Assembly (NCBI RefSeq): GCF_006345805.1
Contig: NC_042999.1
Location: 23,374,001-23,438,000 of the forward strand
DNA from: Octopus sinensis
Taxonomy: Eukaryota
DNA: 64,000 nucleotides
Direction of reading: 5' to 3'
Both the position numbers and the translations under genes were made by a program. Of this stretch, positions 24,132 through 37,039 are shown one piece after another. Each line of letters begins with the position of its first letter. Positions within the stretch are counted from its first letter, which is position 1. The notes beneath the pieces were generated by a model. The model was not told the origin of the DNA. It saw only the letters and a program-made list of their open reading frames with translations, and ran no database searches.

Positions 24132-24787
24132 ATTTTTTTTTTAAATATGCGGAAAAATACGGAGATTATGATTCTAAAAAACAAAATTTTTTACAAGAAT
24201 TTTTTTTTTCTAAATATGCGGAAAAATACGGACATCATGATTCGGACAAAAATTTCAAACATTTCTGTACTTACGGTTACGGTTTTAGAGTTAGGGTTAG
24301 GGTCTTTGGGTTAGTGTTGGGGTAAAAAGTCAAAATTGAAGTTGGTGGGGAAAGGGGGGAATTTCACAATGCCGATTTTCGGCAATTTTCCGGAACATCT
24401 GTATCCGAAAAACGGGGATTTTTGGCAAAAAAAAAAAATACAAAGACAAACAAATTTCGGAGAAAAAAAGGGGGGGGGTGACGGACGGAAGTCTTTCCAG
24501 GTTTTGTGTATTGTAGAAGTATTATTAATTTTATTGCAGATAAATTTTAACAACAAAATCTTATAAAGACCCCCAAGGGCCATATGGACGGACCCTAGTG
24601 GAGAACCGCTGGTTTACAGGAACATCGGATAGGGGCCATTAAAGGACCTAAGTGTCTCAACCCTCGAACACATCGTAGTGGTGGTGAAGGTAATAGCAGT
24701 TATGCGATGGCTGACGTCCTCTAACAAAACACAGTAAAGTCTTACTGTGTTTTGTTGGAGAATGGATATCTGAGTTCCTTGGACCTT

Positions 24788-25279
24788 TCTTCATATATAT
24801 ACTGGAGAATATGACCTTGGAAAATTTCCAACGTTTCGTTATACAGCAACCTGTGACACAAAGTAAATGGGAATAAATTATTAGGATAATCTCTCTAAAT
24901 ATATAAAGCTGAAGTTTTCTGTGTATGGCAGGTTTGGTAGCCTTCAACTAACACTATCTCCTCCGAGACCCAGCGGCGCAAGTTGACCAAAATCGAAAGT
25001 ATGATAGAAGGCTTGCTTTTCCTTCCTTAGAAAAAAAATTCAAATCGGACCATGTTAACACCAAAAATTATTTACATCAGAAAGGTGCTTTTTTTTCTAT
25101 GAAAATCCCTATTTTTTACGATATTTTGACTGCTGTGCCGCCATTTTTCAGTGTATTTCAACCAGAAAAATGTTCACTTAAAGAGCATAACAAGCTACAT
25201 AATGCACATTTTTTACTTTTCAAAAATTCCAATTCTAAAGGGCGAAACAAACCCGAGCAACGCTGGGCGATACTGCTAG
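24788..25279 (+). mobile_element. Helitron-type element with the same 3' end as 12076-12470
   Basis: aaacccgagcaacgctgggcgatactgCTAG|T. The 5' boundary is uncertain. Confidence 0.6.
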
Positions 25280-25499
25280 TTGTTGAAAAAAATTATTACG
25301 ATAATTTTTTCAGTTTTGTTTTTGCAGTTTGCTCGTTTTTTGTTTTTTTTATTATTTAATGTGTTTTGTCAGAGGAGGGCAGATGGTTATGGGATACGAA
25401 ACCCTAACATCTCAGCTGCTTTCTCCCAGCACCACGTTGGCTACCTACCCCACGTGATCAGCTATTTGCACTCTCTTGGGAATACACTACGTACACTTC

Positions 25500-25896
25500 A
25501 CCTTTACACATTCACTCACACACACACACTGATACACACACATTTATACACACACACATACACACACTTTTACACACGCACGCAATCCATCCTTATATAC
25601 ACACACGCACATACAAACATACTTATACACCAACACACACACACAAACACATACACTTATGCACACGCACGCACACCCACCCTTACACACACTTGTATAC
25701 ACACACTTTTATACACACACTTATATACACACACACACATACACTTATACACATACACACACGCACACCTACCGTTACACACACATACGCAGACACACCC
25801 GCACATACCCTTACACACACATGCATACACACTTATACACATACACACACACTTATACACGCATACACACACTTATACACACACACACACATACAC

Positions 25897-25934
<38 letters not shown>

Positions 25935-26660
25935 CGTTTTCCAATACACCCAGTTGACCGCTACGATGCTCTGATGAAGAGGCAGCGATGATAGAGTGGT
26001 GGAGGTGGTGGTGGTGAGAGTAGAAGTAATGGTCGTGGTGGTGGCTTCTTTGCCTTTATCTATTGTATTTTATTTATATTTATTTCCCTCATTTATGTTT
26101 CTCCATGGGAATTGGGAAAAAAAAAAGAGAACAGCAACAACAACAACAACAACAACAACAACGACATCCCAAATCTGACAAAATAGAAAGGGTGAAGATA
26201 GAGGTGAAGGTGTTGTTGTTGTTGGTGGTGGTAGTGGTAGTGGTGGCGGTGGTTATGTTCATGGTTGTTGTTTTTTGCGGTGGTGGTGGTGGTGGTGGCG
26301 GGGGTAGAGGCGGAGGCGGTGGCTGTGGTGATGGTGGTGGTGGTGGTACCCGTGGGGGTGCCCAATGATTGCGTTGTTGCTGTTGTTGCTGTTGTTGCTG
26401 TTGGTGCTGGTGGTGGCGGTGATGGCGGAGGCGGTGATGGCGGAGGCGGTGGCGGTGGTGGTGGTGGTGGTGGTGGTGGTGGCAGTGGTGGCGCTGGTGG
26501 TGCCCAATGATTGTGTTGTTGTTACTGATGGTAGTGGTGGTGGTAGTGGTGATGGCGGTGGAGGTGGTGGTGCCCGTGACAGTGCCCATGATTGTGTTGT
26601 TGTTTGTGGTGGTGGTAGCCCTGGTTGTTGTTGCTGTTGGTGGTGGTGGTCGTGGAGGGA
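25500..26660. repeat. Degenerate (AC)n tract (25500-25935) and compound (GGT/GGC/GTT)n tract with a recurring ggtgcccaatgattg spacer (26130-26660)
   Basis: Directly visible. The spacer occurs at about 26358, 26499 and 26582. Confidence 0.9.
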
Positions 26661-27056
26661 AGGGGGCTAAATTAAATGATATGTAGGCATTGTCATCGAG
26701 ATTTGGTCTTTAACCTCTAAATAAGTCCTTTGGAGGAGCGAGATACAGGGGATGTGGGGGGAGGTGGTGTGGGAGGGTCAGATGAAGGGGATGATGAGAA
26801 AGGCATTGTTTTTCATGTACGGGTAAAGGGACGTAGGGGTGGATTACTGAGGTGAAAAACAGCGAGTTGATAGGGCACCCCACCCTCCGGCACATTTTTA
26901 GGGATGTTGAGATCAGAGATGGGGGCAGTGGGGGAAGGAGATACGGATGAGATGTGATGTGATGAATATGAAGAGAGGGAGAGAGAGGAGGAGAGGGCGA
27001 GAGAGAAAGAGGGAGGGAGACGGAGAGAGAGACAGAGCCAGAGAGTGAGAGAGCTA

Positions 27057-27092
<36 letters not shown>

Positions 27093-27139
27093 GGTGTATG
27101 GGATACGTAGTGACGATCTGATCAAATATAACATATTCA

Positions 27140-28983
27140 GGGGGCATGTGGCTTAGTGGTTAGGGGTGTTGGATTCATGATCGTAAGATTGTGGTTTCGA
27201 TTCGTGGACCGAGCGACGCGTTGTGTTCTTGAGTAAATACTTCATTTCACGTTTCTCCAGTCCTTTCAGCTGGCAAAAATGAGTAATCCTGCGACGGACT
27301 AGCGTCCCCTCCAGGTGGGGAATATATACCACATAGAAACCGAGAAACCGGGCGTTATGAGTAGGTATGACTCGGTGAGGGACTTTCCTAGGATCTCTTC
27401 AGTTCGGATAGAGGCTATAGTAGAAGACACTTGCCCAAGGTGCTACGCAGTGGGACTGAACTCGGAACCATGTGGTTGGTAAGCAAGCTACTTACCACAC
27501 AGCCACTCCTACGCCTAAACTATTGATTCCAGTATATGACTGGTACCCCGTTGTTTCGACTTCAAAAAAGTGAAAGTGAAAGGCAGAGTTGATCCCTGGC
27601 CCAAGTTTGAATCTGGCGAGCTGGCAGAAACGTTAGCAAGCCGGGCGAAATGCTTTGTGATATTTCGTCCGCCGCTGCGTTCTGAGTTCAAATTCCGCCG
27701 AGGTCGACTTTGCCTTTCATCCTTTCGGGGTCGATAAATTAAGTACCAGTTACGCACGGGGGTCGATGTAATCGACTTGATCCGTTTGTCTGTCCTTGTT
27801 TGTCCCCTCTATGCTTAGCCCCTTGTGGACAATAAAGAAATAAGTATGTCAGGTTTTCTGTTTAGATACTTTTTGCGCCTGCTATTTTATAATTCTATGC
27901 ATGGGCGTAGGAGTGGTTGTGTGGTAAGTAGCTTGCTTACCAACCACATGGTCCGGGGTTCAGTCCCACTGCGTCGCCACTGCGTGGCACCTTGGGCAAG
28001 TGTCTTCTACTATAGCTTCGGGCCGACCAGAGCCTTGTGAGTCGATTTGTTAGACGGAAACTGGAAGAGGCCCGTCGTATATGTATATATATGTGTGTAT
28101 GTGTATGTGTGTGTATATGTTTGTCTGTGTTTGTCCACCCTACCATCGCTTGACAACCGATGCTGGTGTGTTCGCGTCCCCGTAATTTGGTGGTTCGGCA
28201 AAGGAGACCGATGGAAGAAGTACTAGGCTTACAAAGAATAAGCTCTGGGGTCGATTTGCTCGACTAAAAGGCGGTGCTCCGGCATGGCCGCAGTCAAATT
28301 ATTGAAACAAATAAAGAGTAAAGAGTATGCGTGAAACATTAGTAGAGAAAACACTTTAATTTCACTTCTTATCATAGGGCGGATGAGAGGGGGGGTTGTT
28401 CATTTATTTATTTGAAAAACTGAAATTTTACAATAAATTTTTGAGAAACAGAATCTCCGTATTTTTCTACGTATTTCGCCCCCCGAGTTTTTTTTTAAAT
28501 GTGAAAATTTAAGAAATTTTTTTCGTTGCAGATTCGGAATCTCGGCCCTGTGTTCCGGTAAAATAAAATAAAAAATCCCATAGGCGCAGGAGTGGCTGTG
28601 TGATAAGTAGCTTGTTTACCAACCACATGGTTCCGGGTTCAGTCCCACTGCGTGGCACCTTGGGCAAGTGTCTTCTACTATTGCCTCGGGCCGACCAAAG
28701 CCTTGTGAGTGGATTTAGTAGACGGAAACTGAAAGAAGCCCGTCGTATATATGTATATATATATATATATGCGCGTGTGTGTTTGTCCCCCTAGCATTGC
28801 TTGACAACCGATGCTGGTGTGTTTATGTCCCCGTTACTTAGCGGTTCGGCAAACAAAGACCGATAGAATAAGTACTGGGCTTACAAAAGAATAAGTCCCG
28901 GGGTCGAGTTGCTCGACTAAAGGCGGTGCTCCAGCATGACCACAGTCAAATGACTGAAACAAGTAAAAGAGTAAAGAGTAAAG
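27140..28983. mobile_element. SINE cluster: head 2 plus V-like tail (27140-27375), family B (27395-27517 -, 27904-28327 +, 28583-28983 +), family A (27615-27843 +)
   Basis: Matches to the families defined above. Confidence 0.85.
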
Positions 28984-29010
28984 AGGGTACGTACGGTCCA
29001 TGATCTTTAC

Positions 29011-29156
29011 CTCAGCCGACGGAACGAATAATGCCAGACTCGTCGACATGTCACTGTTTAGATAAAAAGTTAATTTATTTATAGATTAATTAAACATTAA
29101 TCAATGTCATCTTTGCAGGTATATTTTCTTACCTGACTCCCATGTCACAGGCTTCA
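29011..29156 (-). other. Candidate small exons of an unannotated - strand transcript (about 29156-29133 and 29053-29011)
   Basis: Donor CAG|GTAAGA at 29132, a 79-nt AT-rich intron, acceptor tttttatctaaacag| at 29054, and donor GAG|GTAAAG at 29010. The spliced frame reads MGVSDMSTSLALFVPSAE. Confidence 0.45.
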
Positions 29157-29221
29157 CTAGCGCACGCACACACACACACAAACTATCTCAATCAACTACT
29201 TATCGTGAATAAAAGGGCAAG

Positions 29222-29222
29222 A

Positions 29223-29263
<41 letters not shown>

Positions 29264-29316
29264 AGCGACGGCGGCTACGGCCGCTACCACCACCACCACC
29301 GCCACTACTACAACTG

Positions 29317-29350
<34 letters not shown>

Positions 29351-29625
29351 AACTGCTGCTGCTGCTGCTACTACTACTACTATTACTACTACTACTACTA
29401 CAACTGCTGCTGCTACTACTACTACTACTACTACTACTATAACAACTGCTGCTGCTACTACTACTACTACTACAACAACTGCTGCTGCTACTACTACTAC
29501 TACTACTACTACTACTGCTACTACAACTGCTGCTGCTGCTACTACTACTACTACAACAACTGCTGCTGCTACTAGTACTACTACTACAACTGCTGCTGCT
29601 GCTACTACTACTACTGCTGCTGCTG

Positions 29626-29663
<38 letters not shown>

Positions 29664-29690
29664 GCTACTACTGCTGCTGCTGCTACCGCT
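29222..29690. repeat. About 470-bp interspersed (ACT)n/(GCT)n/(ACA) trinucleotide repeat
   Basis: Directly visible. Confidence 0.95.
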
Positions 29691-30322
29691 GAGTCGTAAT
29701 GTTTCTAATTTAGGCACAAAGGCCAGTAGTTCAGAGGCAAAAAAGGTTAGTCAAACTATTGATCCCAGTATATGACTGGTACCCCGTTGTTTCGACTTCA
29801 AAAAGGTGAAAGGCAGAGTTGATCCCTGGCCCAAGTTTGAATCGAGGACGTAGAGATCCGGAAGAGATAACACAAAGCATTTTATCCGACACTCTGCCAC
29901 AGAACCATTGGATTGCGTTGTAATAGCAAAAATGGTTTTATTGGTCACAAGGGCACACCGATAAAGACCATTGCAAAGACACAAAGCGCAAAACAGATCA
30001 CCCAGCACTAGGCTAAAGGATGCCGTACTACTCTTATGGTGAACATTTGTTTTCATTTTTCTAGATTATTGCTCCCAACTGTGGTCGCCACAAATCGTTA
30101 AACTAAAAACGGAAGTCGAGGCAATCGAACGCCTCTCCACAAAGAAGATTGATGATACAATGCAACAAATGAGCTACTAGGAGAGGCTAAACAAATTGAT
30201 ACTCTTCCCCCCAAAAGGGATGACACGAAAGATATGCAGTTGTATGTATGTATGTATGTATGTATGTATGTATGTATGTTGTATGTATGTAGTATGTATA
30301 TATATATATTAATAATATATAT

Positions 30323-30371
<49 letters not shown>

Positions 30372-30375
<4 letters not shown>

Positions 30376-31360
30376 ATATAATTAGGGCTTAGTAAAAATA
30401 AATTACTTTGCCACATACTGAACTTTCTAGAAATAGCAGCCAAAAAAGTTTTTTAGCCATTTCCACTACTTAAAGAAAATTCTCTCAGATAATTTTACTC
30501 AAATAACTCACGAAGGTATGGAGGTAAAAAAGAAAAAATATCACAAGTACAAAGATTATTGAGAATGTTGAGCTGACATAAGAAATGTTGAGCTGACGAA
30601 AGAAAATGCTGAGTTTTATTGGCTAATCTAGAAACGTTAACGTTCTCAAATAATCTTTGTACTTGTGATATTTTTCTGTTTTTACCTCCATACCTTCGTG
30701 AGTTATTTTGAGTAAACATTATCTGAGAGAAATTTTCTTTAAGTAGTGGAAATGGCTAAAAAAACTTTTTGGGCTGCTATTTCTAGAAAGTTCAGTATGT
30801 GGCAAAGTAATTTATTTACTAAGCCCTAATTATATAAGAATATTGGAATTCGCCTTAAAGGTCCTTTACATACTGAATACTTGGTGAAATTGATTAATAA
30901 CTAATTAATTTTACCCTCAATTGTTGATATATATTTTACTTAAAGAAAATTTCTCTCAGATAATGTTTACTCAAAATAACTCACGAAGGTATGGAGGTAA
31001 AAACAGAAAAATATCACAAGTACAAAGATTATTTGAGAACGTTAACGTTTTTATATTAGCCAAATAAACTCAGCATTTCTTTCGTCAGCTCAACATTTCT
31101 TATTTTGGATTTGGAAGCACTAAAAAGAAAGAACATACCCTTTGGCGACTTATCACCTCAGATGACCCGTTCAGACTGCCAGTACCAACAAATTCAAAAT
31201 GTGCAAGCGAAGATTTCCTACTCTCCCCTTCCACCCACGTGGGTTATCTAGCAAACATTATATTTTAACGGTGAGAACCGAGGCAATATGACAGAGAGAA
31301 ATGAATTATAATATCAACAATTAAGGGTAAAATTAATTAGTTATTAATCAATTTCACCAT
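30372..31360. repeat. Complex fold-back: about 200-bp arms (30372-30575 and 30640-30836), a third inverted copy (30938-31105) and a further inverted pair (about 30884-30930 and 31312-31360)
   Basis: Reverse-complement identity read directly. The structure abuts a (TA)n tract. Confidence 0.9.
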
Positions 31361-31896
31361 ATATGTATGGAAGATCCATATATATATGGAAGATCCTGAA
31401 AGATCTGGCTTTCAACTTTGGGATTGACAACTATAACAACCACCGAACTGGACGCCACCTGATAGTGCCAAAGGATTGTGGGACAAAACCCCCATAGGTC
31501 CGAGGGGATTTAGTCATGGGGGCTTTGACCTGGGGGATTTTGTACTAGAGGTGTTTTGTCTGGACCCCGAACCGAGGATCCCACTCTATTCCTCGAGAGT
31601 AAGGACCCAGTTCTGCAATACCTTCAGTTTCAAGGTTCCACAACACTCTGCCAAACAACCCCAGGGATTTGTGACGTGTAAATATGGATGTGTTCAAAGA
31701 ACATTTGAACAAATTTTTATCTGAGGAATCAGAAGAACCCACATTGCGGCAGAAAACACAAAGAAGAGCAGATGTGTTAAACTCGCTGCTTCACCAGAAA
31801 CTGTTTTGTAGAGAGGGCCGGGAAGAGAGTGTGAAATAAAAACCCGCCATTCGAAAGGTGTCACTCCAGCTGAAAACAGTAAAAGTATGAGTAAAG

Positions 31897-32480
<584 letters not shown>

Positions 32481-33929
32481 CATACATATTGATATGTGCG
32501 TGCGTGCAGAGAGAGGAGGAGAAGACGGAGAGACAGAGAAAGAGGAGAGGGAGAGAGAGAGGAAGGAGAGACAGAAAAGCGAGAGAGATTGTGCATTTGA
32601 AAGTTTGCCGTTCTATTGTTTATTGTCAACACGCCTTTCATATCCAGTGACCAAATGAATGCCCCTTGGAGATAAGTAAAAGTTTTTTTTTTTCAACTCA
32701 GAAGCTTTTCAGCTGTCAAAGTGGAAGCATGCAACACTAACATGTCATCACATGTTGCAGTAACAATAACAAAACCAACAACTATTTATGAACAAGAGAG
32801 ATATTATGTAGTCGTCCAACCTGCTAAAAAAACCTGTTGTTAAAGTGTACAGTACCCTCTTAAAAACTGCAGGTTACATTGGATTGTGTACTCTTAGGTA
32901 CACTGTGACACTATGTCCTTTTTACTTTAGTTGTTTTAGTCACTGGACTGTCGCTATGCTAGGGCTCCGCCTTGAAGTATTTAGTCTAGGGCTGGCCAAC
33001 CTGAGGCCCGCGGGCTGCATGCGACTCGCAGACTTTTATCGGATCTTTACCTTTTGACCGACAGATTAAAAAAATATTTTTTTTAACTAAACACTTTCGA
33101 ACTTCGTATACTTGTAGAGTGTGTCACATAAAACATCTTTTACTCTTGGCGTTGTTGAGAAAATTCTGTATTTTGGAAGTTATTTCTTGTTAAAGTTGTC
33201 GTATTTCGGTAGTTTCAACCAATCAATGACGGGTATTCAGCTGAATAAAATTACTGCCGTTGTTTGTCAACTACAACTATCGCCGTCTGGTGTATTTTTC
33301 ATTTGTCACTGTTATTTATGACATCGTTCGTGCGTTCTGTACTAGGTTTAGAGGTAAAGGGGGTTTGCTTGGGGTTAGGGTTATCGGGTTTTAGGGTTAG
33401 GGAGTGGTAGGGCTAGGTCTTTAGAGTTAGGGTTTTAGGGTTAGGGGTTGAGGTTTTAGGGTTCACGGTTTTTGAATTCCCGTACTAGTATAGTATGCAG
33501 TCTACCACGTTCTCAAACAGTATATATTTCTTTACTACCCACAAGAGGCTAAACATCGAGGGGACAAACAAGGACATACAAACGGATTAAGTCGATTACA
33601 TCTACCCCAGTGCGTAACTGGTACTTAATTTATCGACCCCGAAAGGATGAAAAGCAAAGACGACCTCGGCGCAATTTGAGCTCAGAACGTAACGGCAGAC
33701 GAAATACGGCTACGCATTTCACCCGGCGTGCTAACGGTTCTGTCAGCTCGCCGCCTTCATACGTTGTAAACAGTATAGCCAAGGTTATCTACTTTCATCG
33801 TTCAATTAATAAAGGAAACCAATTCTTCCAAGATACGGACATTAACAACAAATAAAACTGCAAGCTGAGCCTAAGTGAGATTTTAGAACTAATACCATTT
33901 TTTTCATGGATATACTCATGACCACAGCA

Positions 33930-34295
33930 GTGATTCCAAAAGGAAAATCTAAAAATACAATAAGTGACTTGTATAATATGTGCCGCGAGGTGTGTGGAGC
34001 CATGGTTTATTATGAACGATGAGGGGAAGATGGTTGGAACAAATGATAACCCCATTGAGATCGAGGACGCAAAATTTGCTGGTCGACGACGAAAACACAA
34101 TTGAGGAAGAAAGCTTGGATGGCAACAAGCTCCTCTCATCCAAGGCAGTGATGCAGAACAACGAAACAACAGGAACCATGAACGTAGAATTGATCGGACG
34201 TGGGTCTTTGGTCTCAAACAAGGCTCAGACTGTCGATACTTTTGCGTGGAACGACGTGATGGAAACAGTCTGATCTTAATTATTGAAAGAGAAAG
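33930..34295 (+). pseudogene. Merlin (IS1595/IS1016-like DDE) transposase relic
   Basis: SKNTISDLYNMCREVC, then a frameshift, then IEIEDAKFAGRRRKHN*GRKL...RIDRTWVFG...CRYFCVERRD...LILIIERE. This matches the Merlin VEIDE.KF..RK.NRGR / WVFG / RD..TL pattern. Confidence 0.75.
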
Positions 34296-34435
34296 TGAAA
34301 AAAGGCTCATTCAGATAGGTGGCCCATGTATTGTGCAAAACAAAGAAAGCCAAAATAGTGAAAAATCTACATCAGCCAAACAAATGAAAAAAAAAAGAAA
34401 ATGAATCTGTTATTATTATGAAGGTAGCCACACTA

Positions 34436-35209
34436 GGAGGACGCTGTGGTGGTAAGTAGCTTGCTTACCAACCACATGGTTCCGGGTTCAATCACACTGC
34501 GTGGTACCTTGGGCAAGTGTCTTCTACTATAGCCTTGGGCCGACCAAAGCCTTGTGAGTAAATTTGGTAGACGGAAACTGAAAGAAGCTTGTCGTATATA
34601 TGTAGTTTATATATGAATGTTTGTGTCTGTGTTTGTCCCACCAACATCGCTTGACAACCGATGCTGGTGTGCTTACGTCTCGTACCTTAGCGGTTCTGCA
34701 AAAGGGACCGATAGAATACAAAGAATAAGTCCTGGGGTCAATTTGCTCGACGAAAGGCGGTGCTTCAGCACGGCCGCACTCATATGACTGAAACAAGTAA
34801 AAGAGTAAAAGAGTAAAAATAGCGTAAATCGAATAAAATCATATGTACAGTGTGAGTGTATAAATCACGGTAACTTGGGTGAGGAAACCCACCCCCATAA
34901 TTCCAAAATTAACTCGACCATGAAGCGGCGCGCAGAGCAGCATTTTCTCCTATTATATTCCCCGGTCTAATAAGGCGGCGAGCTGGCAGAAACGTTAGAA
35001 CGCTGGGCGCGAAACGCGTAGCCGTATTTCGTATGTCGTTACGTTCCGAGTTCAAAATTCCGCCGAAGTTCGACTTTGGCTTTCATCACTTTCTGGGTTC
35101 GACTAAATAAGTACCAGTTACGCACTGGGGTCAATATAATCGACTTTATCCCTCTTCTGTCCTTGTTTGTCCCCTCTGTGTTAAGCCCCTTGTGGGTAGT
35201 AAAGAAATA
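34436..35209 (+). mobile_element. Family B SINE (34436-34817) and family A SINE (34972-35209)
   Basis: The family A copy is flanked by tatattccccggt at 34954-34966 and 35210-35222. Confidence 0.85.
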
Positions 35210-36484
35210 TATATTCCCCGGTTCTACAGATGAATATCGGGAAGATGGCCCCTACCTTTGAGGTATTCTCGGCACGTATGACATCAAACTGGCCCCGTTG
35301 AAAAGCACTCGGGTTTTTTTTTTGGGTTTTTTTTTTTTAGGTCTCTGTAGAAGAAAACAGGTAGCAAATTGGAAGATACCATAAAACCAAGACCTTAAAT
35401 TAGCAAAAAGCAAAATAATAAGAAGGAAGAAGTTTTTATAAGGACTATGGTAAGTACAGGCGATATGCATTTTATCACATATAGTGATTATCGTACGCAG
35501 AGAATATATTGTTCAAATAATGGTGATAAAGATGTCGAAGTGCTTAAACGAGCCTTATGTGACATCATGCGACAAACAATGCAGAACGAAAAGCTTTTCT
35601 ATAATAACGAAAATAATAATAATACTCATTGTTATAGGAGATAAACGTGTATGTGTTTGTGTGTGTATGAGTCTGTGTTTGTGTGCGTCACTCGATAATG
35701 TCTTTGTCACTCAATAAAGTCTTTATTATTAGTTTTTTTGTGTTCTTTCGTTCTTCGGTTGATTTTTGATGGCTTCTTTATGAGTAAGAAACAATGCGAG
35801 GCAGAAATAGAGAGGGACAGAGAGGCAGACGTACTCAGTCACAAACAAACAGAGAAAAATCAACAAGAAAGAGGAGGAAGAGCTTTCGTAAAAAGAAGGG
35901 AAGAAATATATATATGTAAAGTCAAAGATGAAAAGACATGAAACGGCAGGATGGCGGATGAAAGAGAGATGATAGAAAGAGCTGAGGAGGAGGAGAAGAG
36001 AAATACAAAGTGAAGGAAACGTCCAGGAATAAACAACGAGAAATCAAAACCCGAAGAACACGTGTATGAGTAACGTGTATTTGTCACTGTTTGCACTCGG
36101 TTTAATCGGCTGTTTATTAGCTTATAATATGAAGGAGGAAAAGGGCAAGAAGGTTTGATCAAACAAATCCACCAATAAAATTCATATAAAGAAATATCTA
36201 CAGTATTTATTATCCCACGTTGATAAAATCAATATGGCGATATGTATGTTTGCGCGCGTACGTATTTATATTTGTGTGTTGCGTTAATTTCATGCATGTA
36301 TACCCAAGACCTCCGCTGACGTTGCTCTCTTCCCCATCGACATATTGCATCCTATCTTTTCTACAAAAGTCATGCAACCCCCACACATTTTCTGTCTTTC
36401 TCTGTTATACTCTGCTCTATCTTTATTTCGCCTTCTTTTACCTGTAATCTTTCCTTTCTTTCACCTGTACACCATTATATCATC

Positions 36485-36903
36485 TTATTTCTTCATTGCC
36501 TATAAGGGGTTAAACATAGAGGGGACAAACAAGGACAGATAAACAGATTAAGACGATTATATCGACCTCAGTACGTAACTGGTACTTATTTAATCGACTC
36601 CGAAAAGATGAAAGGCAAAGTCGACCTCGGCGGAATTTGAACTCAAACGTAGCAGCAGACGAAATACTTATTTCTTTATTACCCACAAGGGGCTAAACAT
36701 AGAGAGGACAAACAAGGACAGAAAAACGGACTAAGCCGATTATATCGACCCCAATGCGTAACAGGTACTTAATTTATCGACCCCGAAAGGATGAAAGGCA
36801 AAGTCGATCTCGGCAGAATTTGAACTTAGGACGCAGCGGTGGATGAAATAACGCAAAGCATTTCGCCCGGCGTGCTAACGATTCTGCCAGCTCCCCGCCT
36901 TCA
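36485..36903 (-). mobile_element. Family A SINE tandem dimer
   Basis: Two bodies joined at aaagaaata|agtatttcgtc (about 36665). Confidence 0.85.
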
Positions 36904-36993
36904 TATTATTATACCTTCATATATTATACCTACACCATTATATTATCGGCAATTCCTCTTCTTTTTCGGACCTACATACATGCACATTCACGT

Positions 36994-37039
<46 letters not shown>

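Noticed and set aside
29142-29717. 185-aa poly-Thr/Ala and 173-aa poly-Ser ORFs (mucin- or antifreeze-like)
   Set aside because: They are a by-product of an (ACT/GCT)n microsatellite, with no unique coding flanks.
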